DNA of 64,000 nucleotides, taken from NCBI RefSeq assembly GCF_009914755.1, contig NC_060947.1. The stretch is one strand, 5' to 3'. Shown here one piece after another: positions 48,451 through 64,000 of the stretch. Positions within the stretch are counted from its first letter, which is position 1. Each line of letters starts with the position of its first letter. This stretch comes from the human T2T-CHM13v2.0 reference genome, Homo sapiens. The position numbers and the translations under genes were made by a program. The notes under the pieces are model-generated. The model did not search any database. It saw only the letters and a program-made list of their open reading frames with translations, and was not told where the DNA came from.

Positions 48451-48929
48451 TTTGGGACTCAGGAAATTAAAAAAAAAAAAAAAAAAAAGAATCATTGCTT
48501 GTTTCTCTAAAACTGTGCCCAGACACACACACACACTACAGCAAGCTAAGATTTCCAGGCAAATCACTAAGCCATTCATAGGGAAAGACAGGCACTGTGT
48601 GTCAGATCAAGGATTCACCTACATAACGGTGGTTATGAAATGGAAAATAGAGAAACACATGTACATCACTGGGGTGTGGCTACCATAGTCAAAACAGGGT
48701 AACTCTTGAGAAAAACATCCTCTCTACAAAACGCTTATTTTAAAAAACTAATTAGAGATTGGGACAAAAAGAATCCTCAAAACAGCAATCAGAATCAAGT
48801 GATAGCATGTGGTGGATGGCTAGGGTTATGCTACTTTGTCTTCAAAAGGCAGAACCTGTTGTTCTAATTTAATTTCTGAAGTTACTCAGTTGAGAAACGG
48901 AGTTAGCTAACACTTGGTTTAAAGTTACG

Positions 48930-50840
<1,911 letters not shown>

Positions 50841-51133
50841 TTTTAAAAATTATGGAAGTTTGAACTATAAGAATCAAAATTTCCAGAAGGTTGGGGTGAT
50901 GAGGCATGAAGCTTCCCTGAGTGCAAAAGAACTCACCATTGCCACCCACGGCAAAAAGAAAAGTGACATAGAAGCAAAAAAAAAGATACAAAGCATATTA
51001 ACATTTATTCAACATCTCATTAAACATTTCGCAAGAGTGAAGGATAGACTATGCAAGAGGGTTATAATGGGGCCAGGCATGGTGGCTCACGCCTGTAATC
51101 CCAGCACTTTGGGAGGCCAAGGTGGGCGGATCA

Positions 51134-51496
<363 letters not shown>

Positions 51497-51834
51497 TCAC
51501 TGCTCTCTTGGTGGAGTTGGTACCGAGACACGGCCCGATGTGGGCAGATGCTTAGACAGGGAACATGGCTTCCTCTTCCTGGAATGGCAAGAACTTCGAA
51601 TTCTGCCCCCTCTCTGCCAACGTTAGATATGTCACGGTTGAATGACTAAACACCAAATACATATCCGGAGCGAGAAATGGCATGATGCTTTCAGAGGAAG
51701 GATGGAGCTGGAATTTGGGGAATGAGGAAATGGCTTTTCCCTCTTTGTGTGTTTAGTGATGATAAGAGCAATCAGTTCTGACAGCTCCTACTGGCTGCTA
51801 CCTACTGGCTGGCTGGAGCGTTGGCTTTGGTTAG

Positions 51835-52109
<275 letters not shown>

Positions 52110-53054
52110 TGATACACCTGCCTCAGCCTCCCAAAGTGCCGGGATTACAGGTGTGAGCTACCGCACCCAGCTCAATAAAAGTTTTTAAAATGCTATCAGT
52201 AATGCTATAATGATCATCATAACTTATGGTAGGTACAAACTATAGAATCCACAACTGCTTACCAAGGTCTTATAAAGACCTAAATCTGTGGTTTATTGAG
52301 GTTCTTTGAAACCCCTCAATTTTCTTCTTGGTATTAATGATTGAATTTTTAATGGTGGGGCAGAATCTGCCCAAGTATTAGAGGGACAAAGAAGGATACA
52401 GAGAGCTGGAGTTCCATCAGTTCAGCCTGGTTAATGTGTCGTTTCTGAGCACACAGCAAGCCCTACCCTGTTTATGTGGTAAGGTCTCACTCCTATACAG
52501 AACATGGCATGATTCAAATTCTAAAAAGAAGATGTCTGGATAAGCACTTTTGATTGACTGTCTGATTAGAGGTACTTTTAATGGAATAGGCAGAAAATGC
52601 AAATATCTAATGAACATGCTGGAGAGGTTCACCATCGGCAAGCATTTCATTTTCTTTTCTTCAAAAATTAATTACAGAGTGTGGCTGCGTTTCTGTGGAT
52701 TCAGTGTTTCTAATTCTTTCTTCAATTAGTCCTTTAATTTTCTTCCCAAGGAGACACATGGATATACAACACGTAACACAGTGACATTTTCTTGTCACTG
52801 AAAGAAATTTCAAAGTTCATTTTCAAATTCAAAGAAAAGGAAGGCTGGAGTGGATTGGAAAAGAGGCTACAGGCTAAGAACTTTTAAGAGCCCTAGAGAG
52901 AGTGGGGTGCTGGTGTCACTGTTATTTCATTGATTTTCCTTGTCCACAGCCATTTTCAAGACTCATATTTCAGGGCCTTAGATGGTTTGTCTCATATCAC
53001 TGCTGTCTGTAGCAACAACCACTCTGTAGAAGGCTCCCAGGGAAAGACCCATAA

Positions 53055-53347
<293 letters not shown>

Positions 53348-53488
53348 TAAGCCACCATGCCTGGCCAGGTCTGCCTTATAAGTGATATGAGCATAGGTGG
53401 AGGAGTTGAACACTGGAGAAGGATGGATCAATAACTCCACCCAACCACAGGTGCTCCCATTTCTGGGTGTCTAATCCCAACCCTTGAG

Positions 53489-54620
53489 ATCATGCCGCCA
53501 TTTTATCACCGTTCTATGGTATCATGCCTCCATTTTATCACCGTTCTATGGTATCATGCCGCCATTTTATCACCGTTCTATGGTATCATGCCTCCATTTT
53601 ATCACCGTTCTATGGTATCATGCCGCCATTTTATCACCGTTCTATGGTATCATGCCACCATTTTATCACCGTTCTATGGTATCATGCCATTTTATCACCG
53701 TTCTATGGTATCATGCCGCCATTTTATCACCGTTCTATGGTATCATGCCGCCATTTTATCACCGTTCTATGATATCATGCCGCCATTTTATCACCGTTCT
53801 ATGGTATCATGCCGCCATTTTATCACCGTTCTATGGTATCATGCCATTTTATCACCGTTCTATGGTATCATGCCGCCATTTTATCACCGTTCTATGGTAT
53901 CATGCCGCCATTTTATCACCGTTCTATGGTATCATGCCGCCATTTTATCACCGTTCTATGGTATCATGCCGCCATTTTATCACCGTTCTATGGTATCATG
54001 CCATTTTATCACCGTTCTATGGTATCATGCCGCCATTTTATCACCGTTCTATGGTATCATGCCATTTTATCACCGTTCTATGGTATCATGCCTCCATTTT
54101 ATCACTGTTCTATATCATGCCTCCATTTTATCACTGTTCTATGGTGTCATGCCGCCATTTTATCACTGTTCTATGGTATCATGCCGCCATTTTATCAGTT
54201 CTATGGTAACATGCCTCCATTTTATCACTGTTCTATGGTATCATGCCGCCATTTTATCACTGTTCTATGGTCTCATGCCTCCATTTTATCACCGTTCTAT
54301 GATATCATGCCGCCATTTTATCACCGTTCTATGGTATCATGCTGCCATTTCATCACTGTTCTATGGTATCATGCCTCCATTTTATCACTGTTCTATGGTA
54401 TCATGCCGCCATTTTATCACCGTTCTATGGTATCATGCTGCCATTTTATCACCGTTCTATGGTATCATGCCTCCATTTTATCACCGTTCTATGGTATCAT
54501 GCCGCCATTTTATCACCGTTCTATGGTATCATGCTTCCATTTTATCACCGTTCTATGATATCATGCTGCCATTTTATCACCGTTCTATGGTATCATGCTG
54601 CCATTTCATCACTGTTCTAC
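53489..54620 (+). repeat. 32-bp minisatellite, ~36 units (some 29-bp deletion variants)
   Basis: Unit ATCATGCCGCCATTTTATCACCGTTCTATGGT repeated head to tail without spacers. Confidence 0.98.
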
Positions 54621-54996
54621 GAATAATAACACATCAGCATCGAAGGAGATGAGGGAACATGCATGATGGAGCTGTGGGAGAAGAATCCCCGCCACAAAAC
54701 CGGCCCAGGATCCTGGGCACAGAGATATTTCCACACTCAACACACAGGGACTGAGGTGAAAGGAGACGGCTGGGTGGGATGGAGATAAGGGAGGAGACCC
54801 CTGATCCACACAGCACAGCCATGTTTGGAGGGGAATCATAATGCTACGTAGGATGTCTAAGCTCTCCTCAAGATGCGAGGCTGGGAGTCCCTTTCCAGAG
54901 CCTCAGAGAGCATACTGGTCTTAGGTCCAGGTTACTGCCATTGAATGGTAGTAGGCACATCCCCACAGAACTGGGCTGGCATCTGTAGGGATCTAC

Positions 54997-55830
54997 ATCA
55001 GTGGTTTTCCATTGGAGGCCTTTTTGTTTCCCCCTCCCCCAGGAACATATAGAAATGTCTGGAGGTATTTTTGGTTGTTATAACTGCGGTGGGGGGTATA
55101 GTGGGTACATCCATGTCAAGTGGGTGGAGCCCAGGGATCCTGCTCAACACGCTACAGTCCACAGCATGGCCTCACCACAGAGAATCATCCAGCTCCAGAT
55201 GGACATACTGCCAAGGTTGACAAAGCCTGCCTTAGCATGACAGATTGTATGCATATGTGATCCATTTGTCTGTGTGCCTATCATCCAACTCACTTCCTAT
55301 CATCTATCACCTACCATTTATCTATCAACTATTTATAGAATATCTATCGACCTATTTACCACCTATCACCTACTTATCTACCGTCTATCATTTATCTATT
55401 TACCATTTACAATCAAGCATCTACTTATCTATCTACCATCATTTATCTATTTACCATTTATCATCTATCATCTACTTATCTACCATCATTTATCTATTTA
55501 CCATTTATTATCAAGTACATATTTATCTATCATTTATCTATCTTTGATCATTATATAGCATCTGTTTACTCTCTATCTACTGTCTATCATCTACCTATCA
55601 TCTATTGACCATCGATCATTTATCTACCTGTCATCTATTACCTATCATTGATCACAAACTATCATTGACCATTACTATCTATCTAGCTATTATCTATCTA
55701 GCTATTTTCTGTCTAACTAATATCTATCTATGTATCCATCATCTATCTATATCACAGTGGTTTTCAACTGAGCAAAATTTCGCCTCCTCAGGGACAACTG
55801 GCATATCTGTCTATCTATCTATCTGTCTGT
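54997..55830 (+). repeat. MER20 hAT element plus degenerate (TCTA)n tract (55270-55750)
   Basis: CAGTGGTTTTC..AAATGTCTGGAGGTATTTTTGGTTGTTATAACTG..CCAGGGATCCTGCTCAACA; ATCT-rich run. Confidence 0.8.
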
Positions 55831-56569
55831 CATTTCCTCATTTATGAAATTGGGGTAATAACAATGCCTGCCTCAAAAATTGACAAATGAGATCTCATTA
55901 AACTAAAGAGCTTCTGCACAGCAAAAGAAACTATCATCAGAGCAAACAGGTAACCTACAGAATGGGAGAAAATTTTTGCAATCTATTCATCTGACAAAGG
56001 TCTAATGTCCAGAATCTACAAGGAACTTAAATAAATTCTCCTGCCTCAGCCTCCCTGGTAGCTGTGACTACAGGCAGCCACCACCACGCCTGGCTGATTT
56101 TTGTATTTTTAGTAGAGGCAGGGTTTCACCATGTTGGCCAGGCTGGTCTCAAACTCCTGACCACAAATGATCCACCCATCTCGGCCTCCCAAAGTGCTGG
56201 GATTACAGGTGTGAGCCACCGTGCCTGGCCAGGTTTTGGCCTTTTTGATGCCACTTTGCTTTGACCTTTACTTCTTTCTCCTGTATGCCTAGAGAGTTCA
56301 TCCTAAGAGCTTGTCCTCATATCACCTCCCAGAATATGCAAACTTACAATCTCTTTACTTCTTAAAATTTTACCTTGGGGCTACCAAGCTCTGAAGATGG
56401 AAGTGAGATTTCCTCAAAATACACAGAAATGGGTAAATCCTCACATGCTTTCACAGGTATGCAGTCTTTAACCTGAGGTAGCTCAGGGATACCTATGGCT
56501 CCCAGGATACTCCACCATAGCAAAGGGTGACTGCCTTTGGTGAGCCTTGGGTGGATACTAGAGCTCTGT

Positions 56570-56706
56570 GAACACCGGGGCCTGTCGGGAGGTGGGGGGC
56601 AAGGGGAGGGAGAGCATTAGGACAAATACCTAATGCATGCTGGGCTTAAAACCTAGATGACGGGTTGATAGGTGTAGCAAACCACCATGGCACATGTATA
56701 CATATG
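56570..56706 (+). mobile_element. L1PA 3' UTR fragment
   Basis: GGGGCCTGTCGGGAGGTGGGGGGCAAGGGGAGGGAGAGCATTAGGACAAATACCTAATG. Confidence 0.85.
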
Positions 56707-58923
56707 AACTAGTTCTAGGAACAGTTCACTGAACACTAGCGTTCTATGAACCCCCTCTCCCTGCCTGAAATGAATGCTGTCTTCACATGACATCCTACCC
56801 TCTGCCCAATGTCTTTCCCGAATGGGAATCTCTTCACCACACGGCCAATTTATCACAAACCCTTCTCTAAACCCTTACAATAGGCAGGAAACTGCTCATA
56901 CCCCTACGACGGCTGATGGCAGAGGATAAAATATTAATTCTAAGAAAATAGGCCGGGTGTGGTGGCACACACCTTTAATCCCAGCACTTTGGGAGGCCGA
57001 GGCAGGTGGATCATCTGAGGTCAGGAATTTGAGACCAGCCTGGCCAACCTAGTAAAACCCCATCTCTACTAAAAATACAAAACTAGCCAGGAGTGGTTGG
57101 GCATGGCTGTAATCCCAGCTACTCGGGAGGCTGACACAGAAGAATTACTTGAACCCAGAGGTGGAGGCTACGGTGAGCCGAGACCACGCCACTGCACTCC
57201 AGCCTGGGCAACAAGAGCGAAACTCAGTCTCAAAAAAAAAAAGAAAAGAAAAGAAAAAGAAAATAGTTCAGGTAATTCTTGGAAATTGTATTTTTATACC
57301 CTCTAATATTTAAATGACCATCAATATACAACCAGGGTAGGGGGTTAATAAATAAAGGATAGCATTCTTTGCTGCATCCTGGGCTTATTTTTCTCATTCT
57401 TTTTCTGTGACACTGTCTCATTCCATCAGCCAGGCTGAAGAGCAGTGGAGCAGTCACAGCTCACTGCAGCCTCCACCTCCTGGGCTCAAGCAATCCTCCT
57501 GCCTCAGCATCTTGAGAGGGAGACCAGAAGCATATGCCATCATACCCGGATAATTTTTTTTTTTTTTCCTGTAGAGACGAGATCTTGCTATGTTGCCCAG
57601 GCTAGTCTCAAATTCCTGGGCTCAAGTGATGCTCCCGCCTTGGCCTCCCAAAAGTGCTGGGATTACAGGCAGGAGCCACCATGGATCATTCGTGTGTACA
57701 ATATTCTCACTCCTTTGCACCGGAATAAAACCCAGCCCCCTGGAAAGCTGACTCTGAGACTTTGTGAGGATGTGTATGTGCGGTTTCTCATCTGAATGCA
57801 GCCATTTCACGAACACCAGCCATTCCCCAGGCTTCAGTTAAGCCATTCCCCATCAGGAAGATATAGGGCCCCCTTTCAAGAGGAACCACAATGGCTAAAA
57901 CTACAATCTTCACAGCACACATGGCTTCAGCAAATACAGAGAGATGCTAGCCGGGCGCAGTGGCTCACACCTATAATCCCAGCACTTTGGGAGGCTGAGG
58001 TGGGCGGATCACAAAGTCAGGAGTTCAAGACCAGCCTGACCAACATGGTGAAATCCCGTCTCTACTAAAAATACAAAAATTAGCCACGCGTGGTGGTAGG
58101 TGCCTGTAATCCCAGCAACTCAGGAGGCTGAGGCAAGAGAATCGCTTGAACCTGGGAGGCAGAGGATGCAGTGAGCCAAGCTTGTGCCACTGCACTCCAG
58201 CCTGGGAGATAGAGCAAGACTGTCTCAAAAAAAAAAAGAAAAAAGAAAAAAAAAAAAGAACGATGCTACATTCTCAGAAAATTAGTTTTACATTGAAGCT
58301 TCATTTGGGAATTGAAAATAAGAACAGGGAAATACATTTTTCTTTTCTAGAGAAAATAAACAAGGACAAAGATGCATGGAAAATAATATTTTAAATGTCT
58401 CCTATTGACCTAAGTTATAAAGTCATTTTTTATGTAATAACAAAATAATTGGAGAGGCGTACCCAAGAGCACAATAGTCTCTGAAATGTCTTATTTCATG
58501 TACACTCAGGCACACAAAGACACATACATAATTTATAACTAATTTAGCAAAACATTATGATTTGATACAACTGGATGGTGGGTACACAAATGCTGTTCAA
58601 ATTATTCTCTGCGTCTTTCAAATGTGTGAAATGTTTTATAATGAAACATTTTTAGAAGGCACATTGAAGTTCAAACAACTGCTAAACAATGAAAAAGATA
58701 AATGGTTGTATTCAAATGCTTACGGGTATTTACTCATTAAGAATATTTTGAGGCCAGGCACGGAGGCTCACACCTGTAATCCCAGCACTTTGGGAGGCCG
58801 AGGACGGTGGATCACTTGAGGTCAGGAGTTCAAGACCAGCCTGGCCAACATGTCAAAACCCCATCTCTACTAAAAATACAAAAATTAGCCGGGCGTGGTG
58901 CCGTGTGCCTGTAATCCCAGCTA

Positions 58924-59161
<238 letters not shown>

Positions 59162-59339
59162 TTACGATTTGATACAACTGGATGGTGGGTACACAAATGC
59201 TGTTCAAATTATTCTCTGCGTCTTTCAAATGTGTGAAATGTTTTATAATGAAACATTTTTATGAGGCACATTGAAGTTCAAACAATTGCTAAACAACAAA
59301 AAACATAAATGGTTGTATTCAAATGCTTACGGGTATTTA

Positions 59340-59459
<120 letters not shown>

Positions 59460-59530
59460 TCAAAACCCCGTCTCTACTAAAAATACAAAAATTAGCCAGG
59501 CATGGTGACAGGTGCCTGTAATCCCAGCTA

Positions 59531-59638
<108 letters not shown>

Positions 59639-60221
59639 TCAAAAAAATAAATAACCCGGGAGGTGGAGCTTGCAGTGAGCCGAGATCGCACCACTGCACT
59701 CCAGCCTGGGCGAAAGAGCAAGACTCCATCTCAAATAAATAAATAAAAGTAAATAAGTAAATAAAAAAGAATATTTTGAAACTACACATTGCCTTCTGTG
59801 TAAATTAAAAGCCAATGAAAGCCTCCTGATTTTCAGGGTGTCTCATTTCTACCCTATAGAAGCAAACCTACCACACCCTTCACTGAGGAGCCTTCGTGAC
59901 CCTACCAAGGGGGAAAGAGCTTGTCTTTTCAATGAGTTTAAGAGCTTTGCTTCTGCGGTTGAAACTTCCCCCCAGCCAGCATTTCATGTTGAGAGACAGT
60001 GGCTAAGCTGATGTGGAAATAACACAAGAAATCTTGTCTGAAGATGGGTGATACCAACATCAGAACTGGAGACAGCAGGTACTGTGATTCAGGCGAAACT
60101 CTCACCACTAATTGGTGGAGAGAAGAAAAGAAAATGAGCAAATGAACTCTGATTTTGAAGAACTTCATTGAATCAGGCTTATCTTGATGTCTTGTGAGTC
60201 AACAAGATGCAGCTGGACTAG

Positions 60222-60472
<251 letters not shown>

Positions 60473-60895
60473 TAGTAGAGACGGGGTTTCACCATGTTGG
60501 CCAGGCTGGTCTCGAACACCTGACCTCAAGTAATCCACCCACTTCGGCCTCCCCAAGTGCTGGGATTACAGGCCTAAGCCACAGCACCCAGCCCCAGCTA
60601 TTTTTGTATTTTAGTAGAGACGGGTTTCACCATGTTGGTCAGGCTGGTCTCAAACTCCTGACATCAAGTGATCTGCCCGCCTTAGCCTTCCAAAGTGCTG
60701 GGATTACAGGCATGAGCCCCTGTGCCCGGCCCGGACTCCCCTACTGAAATGTGCATGACAGAGACCCCAAGGCTGTCTTTTCCAGCAGGAGCTCCGGGTT
60801 CATGACTGAGGATAGATGCTTCCCAACCTGCTCCTCACTCTCCAAAGAGCTTGCAAGTGGGCACAGATGAACCAAGCTCACCTTCCTGACAATGA

Positions 60896-61241
<346 letters not shown>

Positions 61242-61606
61242 TGAGCCACCGCGCCCAGCTGAGGGCTTTGTATTTTACGGAGACACAATCAGTCCATCAT
61301 TCCACACAACTGTGCTGTTGGGAATCTGTGAAGGTTAAGAATTCCCCACTGCCTTTGTCTTCCAGAAAATGGTTTTACTGAAAAAAAAAAAAAAAAATTC
61401 CCTTCCTCATTACTCACAGATGCTTCCAAGTCAGCCTAGGACAAGGCTGGCCACATCCTCCAAATTCACATTCTTTATTTGCCCCTTCAGGGATGGACTG
61501 AATTCCTCGTCTTCCTTGACCTGAACAAAATTCCCATCTAACGTGATCACATTTTGGTTGGGTTTCTCTCCTCCTATCAGGCCCCGGGATGTTGGGCCAG
61601 CCTCAC

Positions 61607-61757
61607 CTGGAGCAAACGTCAGAGGATCAAGCAACGCTTCCTTAGGACCTGCTCAAAATTAGCTATGCAGCCACAGGGTTTGGCAGCTTTTATCCATGAC
61701 TGAACCCCACATCGAACGACCCCAATCACGGTTGTTCCGAGCATCACGTGCCTGTCC
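61607..61757 (-). ncRNA. Candidate downstream exon of the same transcript
   Basis: Acceptor CATTTTCTTTTCTAG|G and donor CAG|GTGAGG bound 151 bp of non-repeat sequence. Confidence 0.35.
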
Positions 61758-61861
61758 CTAGAAAAGAAAATGGTATGCTGCCTGCGCTCCAAGAGGCTCC
61801 CAGATGTCACGGCTCGGGTGTGCTTCATGGTTCTATAGGCAGCGTCCACCAGTGGTTGCAT

Positions 61862-62545
61862 TAGTCCCTCCTCCTCTTGTTACAATAGTTCCTCCCCTAT
61901 TACCATAATCCCTCCCCGCCATTACCATAGTCCCCCCTCCTCCATTACCGTAGTCCCTCCTTCCGTTACCATAGACCCTCCTCCGTTACCACAGTCCCTT
62001 CTCCCGTTACCGTAGTCCCTCCCATTACCATAGTCCCTCCTCCATTACCATAGACCCTTCTACTTCTGTTACCATAGTCCCTCCTCCATTACCATAGACC
62101 CTCCTCCCGTTACTATAGTCCCTCCTTCCGTTACCATAGTCCCTCCTCCCATTACTATAGACCCTCCGTTACCACAGTCCCCCCTTCTCACATTACCATA
62201 GACCCTCCTTCCGTTACCATAGTCCCTCCTTCTGTTACCACAGACCCTCCTTTCGTTACTATAGTCCCTCCTCGTTACCATAGACCCTCCTCCTCCCGTT
62301 ACCGTAGACCCTCCCCGTTACCACAGCCCCTCCTCCGTTACCATAGTCCCTCCTTCCATTACCATAGTACCTCCTCCCATTAGCAGAGTCCCTCCTTCTG
62401 TTACCAGTCCTTCCTCCTCCCGTTACCATAGTCCACACTCCTCCCCTTACCATAGTCCCTCCTCCTCCCATTATCACAGCCCCTCCTCCTCCCATTATCA
62501 CAGCCCCTCCTCCTCCCATTACAGTAGTCCCTCCTCCTCTTATTG
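61862..62545 (+). repeat. Degenerate ~20-24-bp minisatellite (~30 units)
   Basis: Consensus about CCGTTACCATAGTCCCTCCT(C). Confidence 0.92.
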
Positions 62546-62970
62546 CAAAAGCTCCCATCTGTGGGAATGATCTTTTCAAATGAAACTGTTGCTACCTGTG
62601 TATCTGGTGTCTCTGTCACCATCATGGGACATCCCTGAAAGGTGTACCTCACTGCTGCAGAGTAGCACTCTCTGCAGGAAAGTCCATATCTTCCCTGCCC
62701 CAGACAACTGTGCTGTCCACAGCTGGACACTGGGCGCTTGCCAGACAGTTAGTGCAATGAGGCACTGAGTTTTTCTTTTCCCTTAATTATCACTTATTTA
62801 ATTTTCGCGCATCACACGTGACCCCTGACCCCTGTTCTGGGCACCATCGTCGGAGAAATTTTCTTGAGGCTCGGGTTTCTTCTTTCTTTGCTACAAACTC
62901 CCAGGGCTACTTACTAAGGTGAAGAAAACACACTGTTATGTAATCCATTATACAGTCAACGTATCCTTAC

Positions 62971-63171
62971 CAGAACCAGAAAAATTCACAATTTTAATGG
63001 TGAATCGGGTTGGGAAATCCATGCTTCTAGTTTTGAGGCGAAATACATGACTGATAAAACCCTTTTGTATTATACAAGGGAACCGGAGTGGATGGAGTTT
63101 TGCTATAGATCTCCCAGACGCGCCCCACAGCTCCATGATTGACAGCGTGAGTGTGTCTATCACACGAACCG
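62971..63171 (-). ncRNA. Candidate exon of an unidentified minus-strand transcript
   Basis: Acceptor CTGCCTGCCTTCCCCCAG|C and donor CTG|GTAAGG bound 201 bp of non-repeat sequence; no expression evidence. Confidence 0.35.
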
Positions 63172-63338
63172 CTGGGGGAAGGCAGGCAGTTGTGTCAAAT
63201 TGGAACCGAATCACAAATGAAACATAAATTCCAGGATCCCGTTGAGTATAAAAACCCAGGACCCAACAAGGGCAAACGTAAGCAGCGAAGCCCCAGAGAC
63301 CCCCTAGAGCATCCAGCATGTTGGGGTTTTAGGTTTGA

Positions 63339-63699
<361 letters not shown>

Positions 63700-63723
63700 T
63701 AAACCGCGGCTCTACTTTGCATC

Positions 63724-64000
63724 TGTATTAGTTCATTCTCACGCTGCTGATAGACATACCCGAGACGGGGTAATTTATAAAGAAAAAGAGCTTTAATGGA
63801 CTCACAGTTCCACGGGGTTGGGGAGGCCTCACAATCACGACGGAAGACGAAAACCATATCTTCCACGGCGGCAGGCAAAATGGCTCCTGTAGGGGAACTT
63901 CCATTTATAAAACATCAGATCTCGTGAGAACACACTCACTACCACGAGAACAGTATGCGGGTCACCGCGCCCATGATTCAATTTCCTCCACCTGGCCCCA
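63724..64000 (-). mobile_element. THE1/MST LTR, cut by window end
   Basis: TGTATTAGTTCATTCTCACGCTGCTGATAGACATACCCGAGAC..GGACTCACAGTTCCAC..GGAGGCCTCACAATC. Confidence 0.88.

Noticed and set aside
53484-54652. Long repetitive ORFs and a CRISPR-like 32-bp periodicity
   Set aside because: Head-to-tail minisatellite with no unique spacers, no cas genes and a primate context; the ORFs only translate the repeat
62971-63171. Faint resemblance of the peptide to a PLAT/LH2 domain (IMELWGASGRS)
   Set aside because: The conserved FERG..D.F and HDN.G..W motifs are absent; too weak to name

Overview
Primate (human-like) non-coding genomic DNA, not microbial. About 65-70 Alu copies or fragments make up roughly 30% of the window. 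The rest includes L1 3' fragments, ERV/MaLR solo LTRs (MER4, MER41, LTR9/MER61-like, MLT1, MLT2, THE1/MST), DNA-transposon fossils (Tigger1, Tigger2a, MER85, MADE1, MER20, MER58), a 1.55-kb polypurine tract and several minisatellites. I recognise no protein-coding gene: the long ORFs in the track come from Alu, L1, low-complexity or tandem-repeat sequence. The repeat make-up (tandemly amplified MLT1 units, many minisatellites, CpG-retaining repeats) resembles Xp22.33/PAR1; this is inference only. Highlights: (1) a ~36-unit 32-bp minisatellite that forms a tandem YY1+GATA motif array; (2) an ERV1 LTR with internally amplified YY1 and OCT/CCAAT modules; (3) an ancient MIR-containing fragment inside a young AluY; (4) minus-strand exon-like segments next to a CpG-retaining zone at the right end (candidate lncRNA/microprotein); (5) recurrent Alu-plus-flank tandem duplications and a Tigger1 inversion. 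Repeat family names are from recall of consensus sequences, and repeat boundaries are approximate.
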